Assembly (NCBI GenBank): GCA_039648995.1
Contig: JBBWZH010000059.1
Coordinates: forward strand, 801 to 64,800
Length of the DNA stretch: 64,000 bases
DNA from: Mycobacteriales bacterium
Lineage (GTDB): Bacteria > Actinomycetota > Actinomycetes > Mycobacteriales > CADCTP01
Direction of reading: 5' to 3'
Shown here: one piece after another, positions 1 through 8,756 of the stretch
How positions within the stretch are numbered: position 1 is the stretch's first letter
Layout of the letters: each line of letters opens with the position of its first letter
Notes under the pieces: model-generated
Seen by the model: the letters and a program-made list of their open reading frames with translations, nothing else
The model's database searches: none
What the model was told of the DNA's origin: nothing
Position numbers and translations under genes: made by a program

Positions 1-39
1 GTTGCCGGTCGCGCCTCTTGTGCAGGAGGGCGACTGGCC

Positions 40-3000
40 GTGTACTTCTTTCTTAGCTACGCGCGCAGCGGCGACGACCTGCTGGTCAAGCAATTCTTTC
101 AGGGCCTCAGTGCCGAACTCCGCCGGCGTACGGGTGTGGCGGCAGACGAGGCGGTGGGTTTTCTCGACACGGGAATCGGTATCGGCATCCGTTGGTCGAG
201 CGCGCTGCAGCAGGCCCTGTCATCCTGTCAGGTGTTCTTGCCACTCTACTCGGCGCGCTATTTCAAGCGGGTCTACTGCCGGCGGGAGTGGGCATTCTTC
301 GCCGAGCGGTTGCGGCTGGAGGCGGAGCGCACAGGTGTGCAGCCGGGGTCGATTATTCCGGTCACCTGGGTGCCGATGTCGGACAGACCGCCGGACGCGG
401 CCGCGGCGATCAACCACCACGACGAGACGTTCGGCACCGAGTACGCCAATCGCGGGCTGTACAGCATGCTCCGGGTCCAGCGGCTCCAGGACGACTATCA
501 CGAGTTCCTCGTGGCGCTGGCAACGAAGATTATCAACGTGGCGCGACTGCACCCGCTGCCCGCCCTCGACCCGGCGACCGCCCGCGCCGTCGAGGCGTTC
601 TCGGAGCACGCCGAGCCCTGGCCGCTGCCGGCCGACGCGCCGGACCCGGCGGCCGATGTGGCAGGCGTGGAACCGACCGGGCGGCCGCCGGCCGTCAACG
701 CGGACGGCAGCCCACGGGCGGTCCCGGCCGCGCCGTCGGTGTGGCGGGTGCCGACCAGGACAGCCGCGTTCACCGGGCGGGATGGAACCCTCGAACGGCT
801 GCACGCGGGCCTCGCCGCCGGCACGACGGTCGTGCTGCAGCGGGCCTTGTTCGGCCTCGGCGGGGTGGGCAAGACCCAGCTCGCGATCGAGTACGCCCAC
901 CGATACGCCGCTGACTACGACCTGGTGTGGTGGGTGCCGGCGGAGCAGCCGGCGTTGATCCGGTCCACGCTGGCCGAACTCGCGCCGCAGTTGGCGGTCG
1001 CATCCGGCGCGACGGTGGCCGGGACAGCGGAGGCGGTGCTCGACGTGCTGCGCCGTGGCCGGCCGTTCGGCCGCTGGCTGCTGATCTTCGACAACGCGGA
1101 TGAGCCGCGCGACCTCGCCCCCTACCTCCCGCACGGCGCCGGCCACGTGCTGGTGACCTCGCGCAACCAGCAGTGGGCGGCGCAGTTCGAGCATATCGAG
1201 GTCGACGTGTTCAGTCGCGCGGAGAGCGTCGCGCTGCTGACCCGGCAGTGCCGCGGCCTCGACCCGGCCGACGCGGACCGGATCGCCGCCGCGCTGGGCG
1301 ACCTGCCGCTCGCGGTCAGCCAGGCCGGCGCCTGGCTGGACGCCTCCGGGATGTCGGTGGAGGTCTACCTCAAGCTGTTGCGGACAGAGGTCACACAGCT
1401 GCTGAACGAGGGCAGCCCGCCGGACTATCCGATGTCGGCCGCGGCGACGTGGCTGCTGTCGGTCGGGCGACTGCGGCAGCAGGCCGCCTCGGCCGTGCGG
1501 TTGCTGGAGCTGTGCGCGTTCTTCGCGCCGGAGCCGATCACGTTGTCGTTGCTGTACAGCGACGAGGTCGCGCGCCGGCTCGACCCGGCGGCCGCGCCGG
1601 CGCAGAGCTCGCTGCTGATCGGCCGGCTGGTCCGCGACATCGGCCGGTACGCGCTCGCCCGGGTCGACTACCGGCAGGCCACGTTCCAGGTGCACCGGCT
1701 GGTCCAAGCGGTGCTGCGGGACCAGCTGACCCCGCAACAGCAGGCTGATCGGCGGCACGACGTGCACGAGGTGTTGGCCCGGGCGAATCCCGGCAATCCG
1801 GACGCACCGCAGAACTGGGACCGGTACGCCGAACTCTTCGCGCACATCGCCGCCTCCGGGGCCGTCGACTGCGGCGCCGAGGAGGTGCGCGGGTTGATCG
1901 TGGACGAGGTGCGGTATCTGCGGCGGCGCGGGGATTTCCGCAGCAGCCAGCAGATGGCCGAGCAGGCGCTGCCGCGCTGGCGCGAGCGGTTCGGCGAGGA
2001 CGACTCGTGGACGCTTCGACTCGGCTTCGACCTGGCCAACTCGATGCGCGCGCTGGGCTCCTACCAGGCCGCCCGGACGCTGGATGCCGAGATCCTGGCA
2101 CGGATGCGGCGCACGCTCGGCGACAGCCACATCTACACGCTGATGACGTCCAGCAGCCTGGCCGCCGATCTGCGGTCGCTCGGCTACTACAGGCAGGCGC
2201 AGGAGATGGACGAGGACACGCTGGCCCGGCTCCGCACGGAACTCGGCCCCGACCACACGCGGACGCTGATGGTCGCCAACAACGTCGCCGAGTCGTTGCT
2301 GCTTGCCGGCCAGCCGAGCGCGGCCCGCGCGTTGCACCGGGAGACGCTGACGCGGAGCCAGCGGGTCCGCGGCGCCGACCACCCGTCCACTCTGTTCGTG
2401 GCCAACAACCTGGCCCGCGACCTCCGCGGGGAGGGCCGCGTGCCGGAGTCGGTCGCCGTCCAGCGGGACACCCTCGCCAGGTACCAGCGGGTGCTCGGGG
2501 AGGGGCACGCGTCGACGCTGTTGGCCGCCACGAACCTGGCTGTCTCGCTGCGGCGGCTGGGCGAGCTCGCCGAGGCCCGCGAGCTGAACGAGGAGGCGGC
2601 CCGCCGCTACCGGACGCTGCTCGGCGAGGACCACCCAGACGTGCTGAGCTGCCGGATCAACCTCGCCTGCGATCTGTTCGCGGGTGGTGACCTGGAGGCC
2701 GCGCTGGGCCTCGTTGAGGAACTGTTCGGCCGGTACCGGCGGGTGCTCGGCGAGGGGCATCCGTCCAGCCTCGCCTGCGCCAACAACCTGGCCGTACTGC
2801 TGCGGGCGAACGGTGACCGGGACGCCCGGAGGGTCGCGGAGCGGGCGCTGGCCGGCCTGGCGCAGGCGCTCGGCGAGGAGCACCCGTACACGCTCGGTTG
2901 CGCGCTGAACCTGGCGAACACCTTGTCCGACGACGGGCAGCACCCGCTCGCCCGGGAGATCGACGAGCAGACCTACCGGCGCTACCTGCGTACGCTCGGC

Positions 3001-3201
3001 CCGGCCCACCCGGAGACGCTCGTCGGCGGCAGCAACCTGTCGAGGGACCTTCGGGCGACCGGCGACACCGACGGCGCAGGCGTGCTGCGCGAAGAGATCC
3101 TCCGCCGCTGCCGGGAATCGCTCGGCCCGGGCAATCCGATCACGCTGCGCGTTATCGGCGGGCAGCGGCTCGACTGGGATATCGAGGTTCCGCCGGTCTG
3201 A
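40..3201 (+). CDS. TIR-like / NB-ARC / TPR STAND NTPase (FxsC-like architecture)
   Basis: GTG start 9 nt after GGAGGG. The N-terminus YFFLSYAR...FLPLYSARYFKRVYCRREWAFF resembles TIR-like modules. P-loop GLGGVGKTQLA and Walker B LLIFDNAD are present. The C-terminal half has about ten tandem 42-aa TPR units (GxDHPxTLxxxxNLAxxL). Confidence 0.85.
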   Translation: MYFFLSYARSGDDLLVKQFFQGLSAELRRRTGVAADEAVGFLDTGIGIGIRWSSALQQALSSCQVFLPLYSARYFKRVYCRREWAFFAERLRLEAERTGVQPGSIIPVTWVPMSDRPPDAAAAINHHDETFGTEYANRGLYSMLRVQRLQDDYHEFLVALATKIINVARLHPLPALDPATARAVEAFSEHAEPWPLPADAPDPAADVAGVEPTGRPPAVNADGSPRAVPAAPSVWRVPTRTAAFTGRDGTLERLHAGLAAGTTVVLQRALFGLGGVGKTQLAIEYAHRYAADYDLVWWVPAEQPALIRSTLAELAPQLAVASGATVAGTAEAVLDVLRRGRPFGRWLLIFDNADEPRDLAPYLPHGAGHVLVTSRNQQWAAQFEHIEVDVFSRAESVALLTRQCRGLDPADADRIAAALGDLPLAVSQAGAWLDASGMSVEVYLKLLRTEVTQLLNEGSPPDYPMSAAATWLLSVGRLRQQAASAVRLLELCAFFAPEPITLSLLYSDEVARRLDPAAAPAQSSLLIGRLVRDIGRYALARVDYRQATFQVHRLVQAVLRDQLTPQQQADRRHDVHEVLARANPGNPDAPQNWDRYAELFAHIAASGAVDCGAEEVRGLIVDEVRYLRRRGDFRSSQQMAEQALPRWRERFGEDDSWTLRLGFDLANSMRALGSYQAARTLDAEILARMRRTLGDSHIYTLMTSSSLAADLRSLGYYRQAQEMDEDTLARLRTELGPDHTRTLMVANNVAESLLLAGQPSAARALHRETLTRSQRVRGADHPSTLFVANNLARDLRGEGRVPESVAVQRDTLARYQRVLGEGHASTLLAATNLAVSLRRLGELAEARELNEEAARRYRTLLGEDHPDVLSCRINLACDLFAGGDLEAALGLVEELFGRYRRVLGEGHPSSLACANNLAVLLRANGDRDARRVAERALAGLAQALGEEHPYTLGCALNLANTLSDDGQHPLAREIDEQTYRRYLRTLGPAHPETLVGGSNLSRDLRATGDTDGAGVLREEILRRCRESLGPGNPITLRVIGGQRLDWDIEVPPV

Positions 3202-4033
3202 TCTCCGTTTCCGGCGGGCCGAGGCTGGGTAACGTCCGGTTCATCCGGAACCACTTCTCGGCGTACTCGACTGCGTCCGGCAGCGATACCAGGTGGCAGC
3301 ACGCATCGCCAACCTTCTGCGTCGCGACGAGCCCGGTTTCCGCGACCAGGCTGTTGCCGAGGCGGTCAAAGTCCTCCTGGTTCAGAACGCGGCCGATATA
3401 GGTTTGCCATTCGCGTCCGGCCGGCGTCCGCACCGCGCAATAGTTAAGTCGGAACTCAGGGTCGGGTAACCGGTACTCGGCCAAATGGAAGGCGGTACAT
3501 CGGGCGAACCCGACGCCCAGCAACAGGATTCTGGCGCCTACTTCCTCAAGCCGGCCGAGCGGCGACCGGTCGTCCAATTGATGCGGCAACTCATGCGGGT
3601 CAAGAATGTATTCGGCAAGTGGGCCGACGGCCGCGAACGATGTCTGCGGGTGGGTGCTGCGGCGCGCGTCCGGCCAGGTGCGGACACACTCCGCTATCCG
3701 ACCCATCCGCCGACTCGGGGTGGCACCCGGGTCGAACGCCGGCATCCCGCGACGCCAGATCCAGGGGATCACGTCCGGCGGCGGCGGCGGTTTAAGCCGG
3801 CTCGGGTCCCGGTTGTACGCGGTCTGGGTCGGCACGACGACCGTGCCGCGCGGTCCGAGGACGGTTAGCAGGGCCTGGACCACCGCCTCGGCGCCGCCAG
3901 CGACTTGACCGAACGCGCGCAGTGAGGAGTGGACGAGCACGGTCTGTCGCTGCTTGATGCCCAGGCGGCGAAAACCGTCCGTGAGTGAATCCAGACCTAA
4001 CTCAGCGTATTCGCTCAGCAGTCGTCTAGTCAC
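3152..4033 (-). CDS. aminoglycoside N(3)-acetyltransferase family protein (AAC(3)-like)
   Basis: GTG start. The blocks VLVHSSLRAFGQVAGGAEAVVQALLTVLGPRGTVVVPT and LLLGVGFARCTAFHLAEYR are typical of the AAC(3) family. The 3' end overlaps the convergent gene 40..3201 by 50 nt. Confidence 0.8.
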   Translation of the reverse strand: MTRRLLSEYAELGLDSLTDGFRRLGIKQRQTVLVHSSLRAFGQVAGGAEAVVQALLTVLGPRGTVVVPTQTAYNRDPSRLKPPPPPDVIPWIWRRGMPAFDPGATPSRRMGRIAECVRTWPDARRSTHPQTSFAAVGPLAEYILDPHELPHQLDDRSPLGRLEEVGARILLLGVGFARCTAFHLAEYRLPDPEFRLNYCAVRTPAGREWQTYIGRVLNQEDFDRLGNSLVAETGLVATQKVGDACCHLVSLPDAVEYAEKWFRMNRTLPSLGPPETEIRPAEPRYPSRAAARR

Positions 4034-4101
4034 AACAAGTAGTAGACATCAAACTTGCTACAGAGGGAAGCCGGTTGACCGCACAAATACCAAGGCTGCC
4101 G

Positions 4102-5028
4102 TCACGAAATTAGGGATTCCAGGTCGGTTGTGGCGGCGCGGATGTGGTCGGCGGCGAGAGTCAGGCGCTTGCGCTGGTCGTCGGTGAGGGCCCAGTCGTG
4201 GACGTCGCGGGCGCCGCCGGCGGCGAGCGTCACCGGGACGCTGAGGCTCACGCCGGTGATGCCGTATTCGCCGGTGAGCAGGACGGAGGCGGGCCAGAGT
4301 TCGCCGCTGGCGGTGCCGAGGGCGGCGACCATGCGGGCGGCGCCGAGGCCGGTGGCCCAGGTCGAGGTGCGGCCGGAGTCGAGGGCGACGTGCCGGACGT
4401 ACCAGGTGCGCCAGTAGTTCTCGGCGGCGGCCGCCTGCTCGCCGGTGATCGCCACCGGGGCGCCGTCGAGGCGGACCCGGTCGAACAGCGGCACCGCGTG
4501 TTCGCCGTGCTCGCCGAGCACCCACGCGTCCACCCGGCTGGCGGCGACGCCGAGCGCCTGGCCGAGGCCGGTGCGGAGCCGCAGGCTGTCGTTGACGGTG
4601 TAGCCGAGCAGCCGGCCGCGGTCCGGGCCGAGGCGGTGCCGCAGCCAGGTGCAGAGCGGGTCGACCGGGTTGGTGATCACCAGCAGGGTGCCGGTCCAGG
4701 CCGCGCCCGCGGCGGCGAGCCGGTCGGCGACGCCGGCCACGATGCGCGCGTTCTCGGCCAGGTACGTCATCCGGCTGGTGTTCAGCCGCAGCGGCACCGC
4801 GGCCGACAGCACCACCACGTCCGCGTCGGCCAGGTCGTCGTCGGTGCCGCCGCGGACGGTGCCGGCGGTGCCGAGGCCGCAGAGGTCGAGCAGGTCCAGT
4901 ACGTGCGAGGTGACCATGTTCGGCCGGCGGTCCAGCAGCACCACCTCGACCGCGCCCGGTGCGAGCAGCAGGTTGTACGCCACCGATGAGCCGATGCCGC
5001 CGCCCCCGCCGACGATCGTGACCTTCAT
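4102..5028 (-). CDS. L-lactate/malate dehydrogenase family oxidoreductase
   Basis: Internal ATG at 5028 of track ORF 4102..5781. MKVTIVGGGGGIGSSVAY Rossmann motif, plus ITNPVD and LGEHGEH motifs. ATGA overlap with the stop of the upstream SDR gene. Confidence 0.85.
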   Translation of the reverse strand: MKVTIVGGGGGIGSSVAYNLLLAPGAVEVVLLDRRPNMVTSHVLDLLDLCGLGTAGTVRGGTDDDLADADVVVLSAAVPLRLNTSRMTYLAENARIVAGVADRLAAAGAAWTGTLLVITNPVDPLCTWLRHRLGPDRGRLLGYTVNDSLRLRTGLGQALGVAASRVDAWVLGEHGEHAVPLFDRVRLDGAPVAITGEQAAAAENYWRTWYVRHVALDSGRTSTWATGLGAARMVAALGTASGELWPASVLLTGEYGITGVSLSVPVTLAAGGARDVHDWALTDDQRKRLTLAADHIRAATTDLESLIS

Positions 5029-5783
5029 ACGCTCATCCCGCCGTCGACCGCGATCGTGGCGCCGGTGATGAACGCGGCGTCGTCGGAGGCGAGGAACAGC
5101 ACGGTGCGGGCGATCTCGGCCGGCTCCGCGTGCCGGCCCAGCGGGATCATGCCGTCGAAGACGCGGGCCGCCTCGGCCGGCCCGGCGCCGGTGGCCTCGG
5201 TCTCGATGGCCTGCTGGAACGCGGTGCCGGTCGGGCCGGGGTGGATCGTGTTGACGCGGATGCGGCGGGCCGCGCACTCCTTGGCCGCCACCCGCATCAG
5301 GCCGACCTGCGCGTGCTTGGCGGTGGCGTACGCGGCGATGCCCGGGTCGGCGGTGAGCCCGACCACGCTGGAGTTGATGATCACGCTGCCGCCGTCGCGC
5401 AGCACCGGCAGCGTGTGCTTGAGCGTGTGGAACGCGCCGAGCACGTGCACCGCGAGCACGTCGGCGAATGTGTCGTCGGGGTAGTCCGCGATGCCGGCGA
5501 CCACGCCGAAGATGCCGGCGTTGGAGAAGACCACGTCCAGGCCGGCCGCGGCGACCGCGCCGACAGCCGCCCGCACCGCGGCCGGGTCGCGCACATCCGC
5601 CACGGTGCCGGTCGCGCCCCGGCCCAGTTCGGCGGCCGCGGCGGCGAGCGCCGCCCGATCCATGCCGAGCAGGTGGACGGTGGCGCCCTCGGCGGCGAAC
5701 AGCCGCGCGGTGGCCAGCCCGATCCCGCTCTCGCCGCCGGTGATCAGCGCGACCTTCCCCGCCAGCCGTCCCACGCCGCACAT
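5025..5783 (-). CDS. SDR family oxidoreductase
   Basis: ATG at 5783 inside track ORF 5025..6062. TGGESGIG cofactor motif, NSS...YATAKHA (YxxxK) catalytic motif. The upstream part of the track ORF is Arg/Pro-rich junk. Confidence 0.88.
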   Translation of the reverse strand: MCGVGRLAGKVALITGGESGIGLATARLFAAEGATVHLLGMDRAALAAAAAELGRGATGTVADVRDPAAVRAAVGAVAAAGLDVVFSNAGIFGVVAGIADYPDDTFADVLAVHVLGAFHTLKHTLPVLRDGGSVIINSSVVGLTADPGIAAYATAKHAQVGLMRVAAKECAARRIRVNTIHPGPTGTAFQQAIETEATGAGPAEAARVFDGMIPLGRHAEPAEIARTVLFLASDDAAFITGATIAVDGGMSV

Positions 5784-5929
5784 GGTCGCACCACCCGCCC
5801 CGGGTCGCGCCCGCGCCGGTGTCATCCAGTGGATCAGTGGGCGCGTCCGCGGTGATTCGGCGTTACGCTGCCGACACTCCGGCGGAACGTCCCGCGGCCG
5901 AAGCGGCCGGCACTGAGGAGGATCGACCA

Positions 5930-7393
5930 GTGGCCCTACTCGAACGCGGTGTCTGGGAAGGCAAGCTCTACTCGGGCGGTTGGGTCGCCGGGTCGGCCGG
6001 GGAGTACCCGGCGGTGGAGCCGGCCACCGGCGCCGAGCTCGGCCGGGTCGGTGCCGCGTCACCGGCGGACGTGCACAAGGCGGCCGAATCGGCCGCGCAG
6101 GCGCAGCCGGAGTGGGCCGCGCTGACCTACGACCAGCGGGCCGCGGTGCTGCGCAGGGCCGGCCAGCTGTTCATCGACCACGAGGACGAGATCCACGACT
6201 GGTTGATCCGGGAGTCCGGCGCGATCCGCCCGTTCGCCCAGTTCCAGACCCGGGTGGTCGGCGCCGAGGAGTGCTGGGAGGCGGCCGGGCTCGCCAGCCA
6301 GCCGTACGGGGAGCTGCTGCGGTCCAACCAGCAGCGGCTGTCGTTCGCGCGGCGGCTGCCGGTCGGCGTGGTCGGCGTGATCTCGCCGTTCAACGCGCCG
6401 ATCATCCTGGCGATCCGGGCGGTCGCGCCGGCACTGGCGCTGGGCAACGCCGTCGTGCTCAAGCCGGACCCGCGCACCGCGGTCAGTGGTGGCGTGGTGT
6501 TCGCCCGCATCTTCGAAGAGGCCGGCCTGCCCGAGGGCCTGCTGCACGTGCTGCCCGGCGGGGTCGACGTCGGCGCCGCGATCGTGGACGACCCGCTGAT
6601 CAAGGTGATCGCGTTCACCGGCTCGACCAGGGCCGGCCGCGCCGTGGCCGCCGCCGCGGCGCAGCGGCTCAAGCGGGTGCACCTGGAACTCGGCGGCAAC
6701 TCGGCGCTGATCGTGCTGGACGACGTGGACGTGGAGAAGGCCGTCTCGGTCGGCGCGTTCGGGTCGTTCAACCACGCCGGGCAGATCTGCATGGCCGCGA
6801 GCCGGCACATCGTCGCCGCCGGCATCGCCGCCGACTACGCGGCCGCGATGGCCGAGCACGCGGGGCACCTGCCGGTGGGCGACCCGGCCGGCGACAACGT
6901 GGCGATCGGCCCGGTGATCGACGCCAAGCAGCGCGACAACATCCACCGCATCGTCACCGGCAGCGTCGACGCGGGCGCCCGGCTCACCGCCGGCGGCACG
7001 TACGAGGGGCTGTTCTACCGGCCGACGGTGCTGGCCGACGTGCCGGTGACCGCGCCCGCCTATGCCGAGGAGATCTTCGGCCCGGTCGCCCCGATCGTCG
7101 CGTTCCGCGACCTGGACGAGGCGGTGCGGCTGGCCGCCGGCACCGAGTACGGCCTGTCGCTGGGCATCCTGACCCGGGACGTGATGAAGGGCCTCGCGCT
7201 GGCCGAGCGCATCCCGAGCGGGCTGGTGCACATCAACGACCAGACCGTGAACGACGAGGCGGTGATCCCGTTCGGCGGGGTGGGCGATTCCGGCACCGGC
7301 GCCCGGCACGGCGGCGCGGCCGCCAACCTGGACGCGTTCACCGACACCCAGTGGGTCACCGTCCGCGGCGAGCTGCCCCCGTACCCGTTCTGA
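5930..7393 (+). CDS. NAD(P)-dependent aldehyde dehydrogenase
   Basis: GTG at 5930, 9 nt after GAGGAG. FTGSTRAG, ELGGNSA and catalytic-Cys block GQICMAASR are present. Divergent from the SDR/LDH pair. Confidence 0.9.
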   Translation: MALLERGVWEGKLYSGGWVAGSAGEYPAVEPATGAELGRVGAASPADVHKAAESAAQAQPEWAALTYDQRAAVLRRAGQLFIDHEDEIHDWLIRESGAIRPFAQFQTRVVGAEECWEAAGLASQPYGELLRSNQQRLSFARRLPVGVVGVISPFNAPIILAIRAVAPALALGNAVVLKPDPRTAVSGGVVFARIFEEAGLPEGLLHVLPGGVDVGAAIVDDPLIKVIAFTGSTRAGRAVAAAAAQRLKRVHLELGGNSALIVLDDVDVEKAVSVGAFGSFNHAGQICMAASRHIVAAGIAADYAAAMAEHAGHLPVGDPAGDNVAIGPVIDAKQRDNIHRIVTGSVDAGARLTAGGTYEGLFYRPTVLADVPVTAPAYAEEIFGPVAPIVAFRDLDEAVRLAAGTEYGLSLGILTRDVMKGLALAERIPSGLVHINDQTVNDEAVIPFGGVGDSGTGARHGGAAANLDAFTDTQWVTVRGELPPYPF

Positions 7394-7432
7394 CCTGGCC
7401 GGACTGTCGTAGGTGCCGATAGCCTCCGGGCC

Positions 7433-7939
7433 GTGGTGGACGGACGCTTCGAGCTTCCCGCCGATATCGACGAGCGGACGCTGCTGATCCGCTTCCTGGA
7501 ATTCCAGCGGGACGCGCTGGTGCGCAAATGCGCCGGCCTCACCGACGAGCAGCTGCGCCGGCATGCGGTGCCGTCGTCCAACCTGACCCTGCTCGGCCTG
7601 GTCCGGCACCTGGCCGGGGTCGAACGCTGGTACTTCCAGGGCGTGGTCGCCGGCGACTTCCCGGGCAGCCTCTACACCGCGACCGACGACCCGGACGAGG
7701 ACTTCAACGACCTCGGCTCCGCCACCGGCGACGCCACCTTCACGACCTGGCAGGCGGAGGTCGAACGGTCCCGCCGCGTCACCGCCGAACGCGCCCTGGC
7801 GGCTGTCGGCACGATCCCGGGCACCGGCCACCGGCTCCCGCTGCGCTGGGTGCTCACCCACATGATCGACGAGTACGCCCGCCACCTCGGCCAGGCCGAC
7901 CTGATCCGCGAGGCCCTCGATGGCGCCGTGGGGGAGTAG
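7433..7939 (+). CDS. DinB-family / DUF664-like protein
   Basis: 168 aa. The pattern LLGLVRHLAGVERWYF ... HMIDEYARHLGQADLIRE is typical of DinB/DUF664 four-helix proteins. It is a paralog of 47962..48486. Confidence 0.75.
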   Translation: MVDGRFELPADIDERTLLIRFLEFQRDALVRKCAGLTDEQLRRHAVPSSNLTLLGLVRHLAGVERWYFQGVVAGDFPGSLYTATDDPDEDFNDLGSATGDATFTTWQAEVERSRRVTAERALAAVGTIPGTGHRLPLRWVLTHMIDEYARHLGQADLIREALDGAVGE

Positions 7940-7943
7940 CGGC

Positions 7944-8339
7944 CTACTCCACCAGCCGAGCCGCGCACCAGGCCGCCGCGGCCCGAGCCAGCCGGCCGTC
8001 CGACGTGACGAGGGTGAGGTCACGCGCCTCGGCCAGGGCGACGTACGCCGCGTCGTAGCCGCTGACCGCTGACCGCAGCTGCCACATCCGGGGGAGCAGC
8101 GGGTCGATCGGGACGTGATCCACCCCCAGCTGCGGTAGCAGGTCGATGGCGCCGCGGGCGCGTTCCTCGCTGATCTTCTTCCCGAGGGCGAGCCCGCGCA
8201 TGACCGAGAACACCTCCACCTTCCAGTGCTCGGGTGCCGCCCACTCGGTGTCGAGCCCCAGCACCGCGCGGGCTCGGTTGCCGCGGTCATCGGCATAGAC
8301 CAGGGCGTTGGCCAACACGGACGCGTCGACAACGATCAC
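7944..8339 (-). CDS. vapC: PIN-domain ribonuclease toxin VapC
   Basis: MIVVDASVL N-terminus with an acidic PIN residue, and LVTSDGRLA near the C-terminus. 131 aa. 4-nt overlap with the upstream antitoxin gene. Confidence 0.85.
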   Translation of the reverse strand: MIVVDASVLANALVYADDRGNRARAVLGLDTEWAAPEHWKVEVFSVMRGLALGKKISEERARGAIDLLPQLGVDHVPIDPLLPRMWQLRSAVSGYDAAYVALAEARDLTLVTSDGRLARAAAAWCAARLVE

Positions 8340-8614
8340 GCGCCGCCGCTCCCCGGTCGCGGGTCGGTGGCCCGCCGGGCGCGGGCCGCGGCGAGGATCT
8401 CGGCCGCGTCCGGTGCGTCCGGGCCGGCCCCGCCGCCGGCCGCGAGCTCCTCCTGAACCGCGGCGAGCAACCGACGGTTGCGGGCGAACCGTGCCTGCCG
8501 GGTGAGCACAGCGAGCAGGAATGCTTGCAGCGACTGGCCCTGCTGGCGGGCGTACTGGCCGAGGATGTCCCGCACGTCTTCCGGGACGTCGCGGATCGTG
8601 ATGGCTACCGTCAT
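8336..8614 (-). CDS. vapB: type II antitoxin (VapB/FitA-like, ribbon-helix-helix)
   Basis: ATG at 8614. MTVAITIRDVPEDVRDILGQYARQQGQSLQAFL is a typical Arc/RHH antitoxin N-terminus. The stop overlaps the vapC start. Confidence 0.8.
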   Translation of the reverse strand: MTVAITIRDVPEDVRDILGQYARQQGQSLQAFLLAVLTRQARFARNRRLLAAVQEELAAGGGAGPDAPDAAEILAAARARRATDPRPGSGGA

Positions 8615-8616
8615 GC

Positions 8617-8640
8617 CTGCATTATGCCTGCATATTGCAG
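8617..8640 (-). promoter_or_regulatory. candidate vapBC operator / leaderless promoter
   Basis: AT-rich imperfect palindrome CTGCATTATGCCTGCATATTGCAG (10 of 12 half-site matches). On the minus strand it reads ...CATAAT-6 nt-ATG, so a -10-like hexamer sits 6 nt before the vapB start codon. Confidence 0.45.
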
Positions 8641-8756
8641 ACACGTGTCGGGGTCGGTGGTGTGTCGCTGGATTTGACCAAGTTGGCCACGCCGGCCGAC
8701 GAGCAGGGCCACGATGTCACCGTTGCGACTGTCCATCGACGCCACGGGGGAGTGAC

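Noticed and set aside
220-3009. 929-aa minus-strand ORF antisense to the TIR/NB-ARC/TPR gene, plus other ORFs in 2..3401 such as 2..958 and 192..914.
   Set aside because: The composition is Arg/Pro/Gly/Val-rich with no motifs. It is the typical shadow frame of a high-GC gene, and the plus-strand frame has clear P-loop and TPR motifs.
4102-5781. A single 559-aa ORF in the track.
   Set aside because: The N-terminal 250 residues are Arg/Gly junk read out of frame through the SDR gene. The real gene starts at ATG 5028 (MKVTIVGGGGGIG). The SDR gene is in another frame (5025..5783) with an ATGA overlap.
6059-8332. 757-aa minus-strand ORF, plus 5980..7422 on the plus strand.
   Set aside because: They are antisense to or out of frame with the aldehyde dehydrogenase and DinB genes. 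The composition is Arg/Gly/Asp-rich and non-protein-like.
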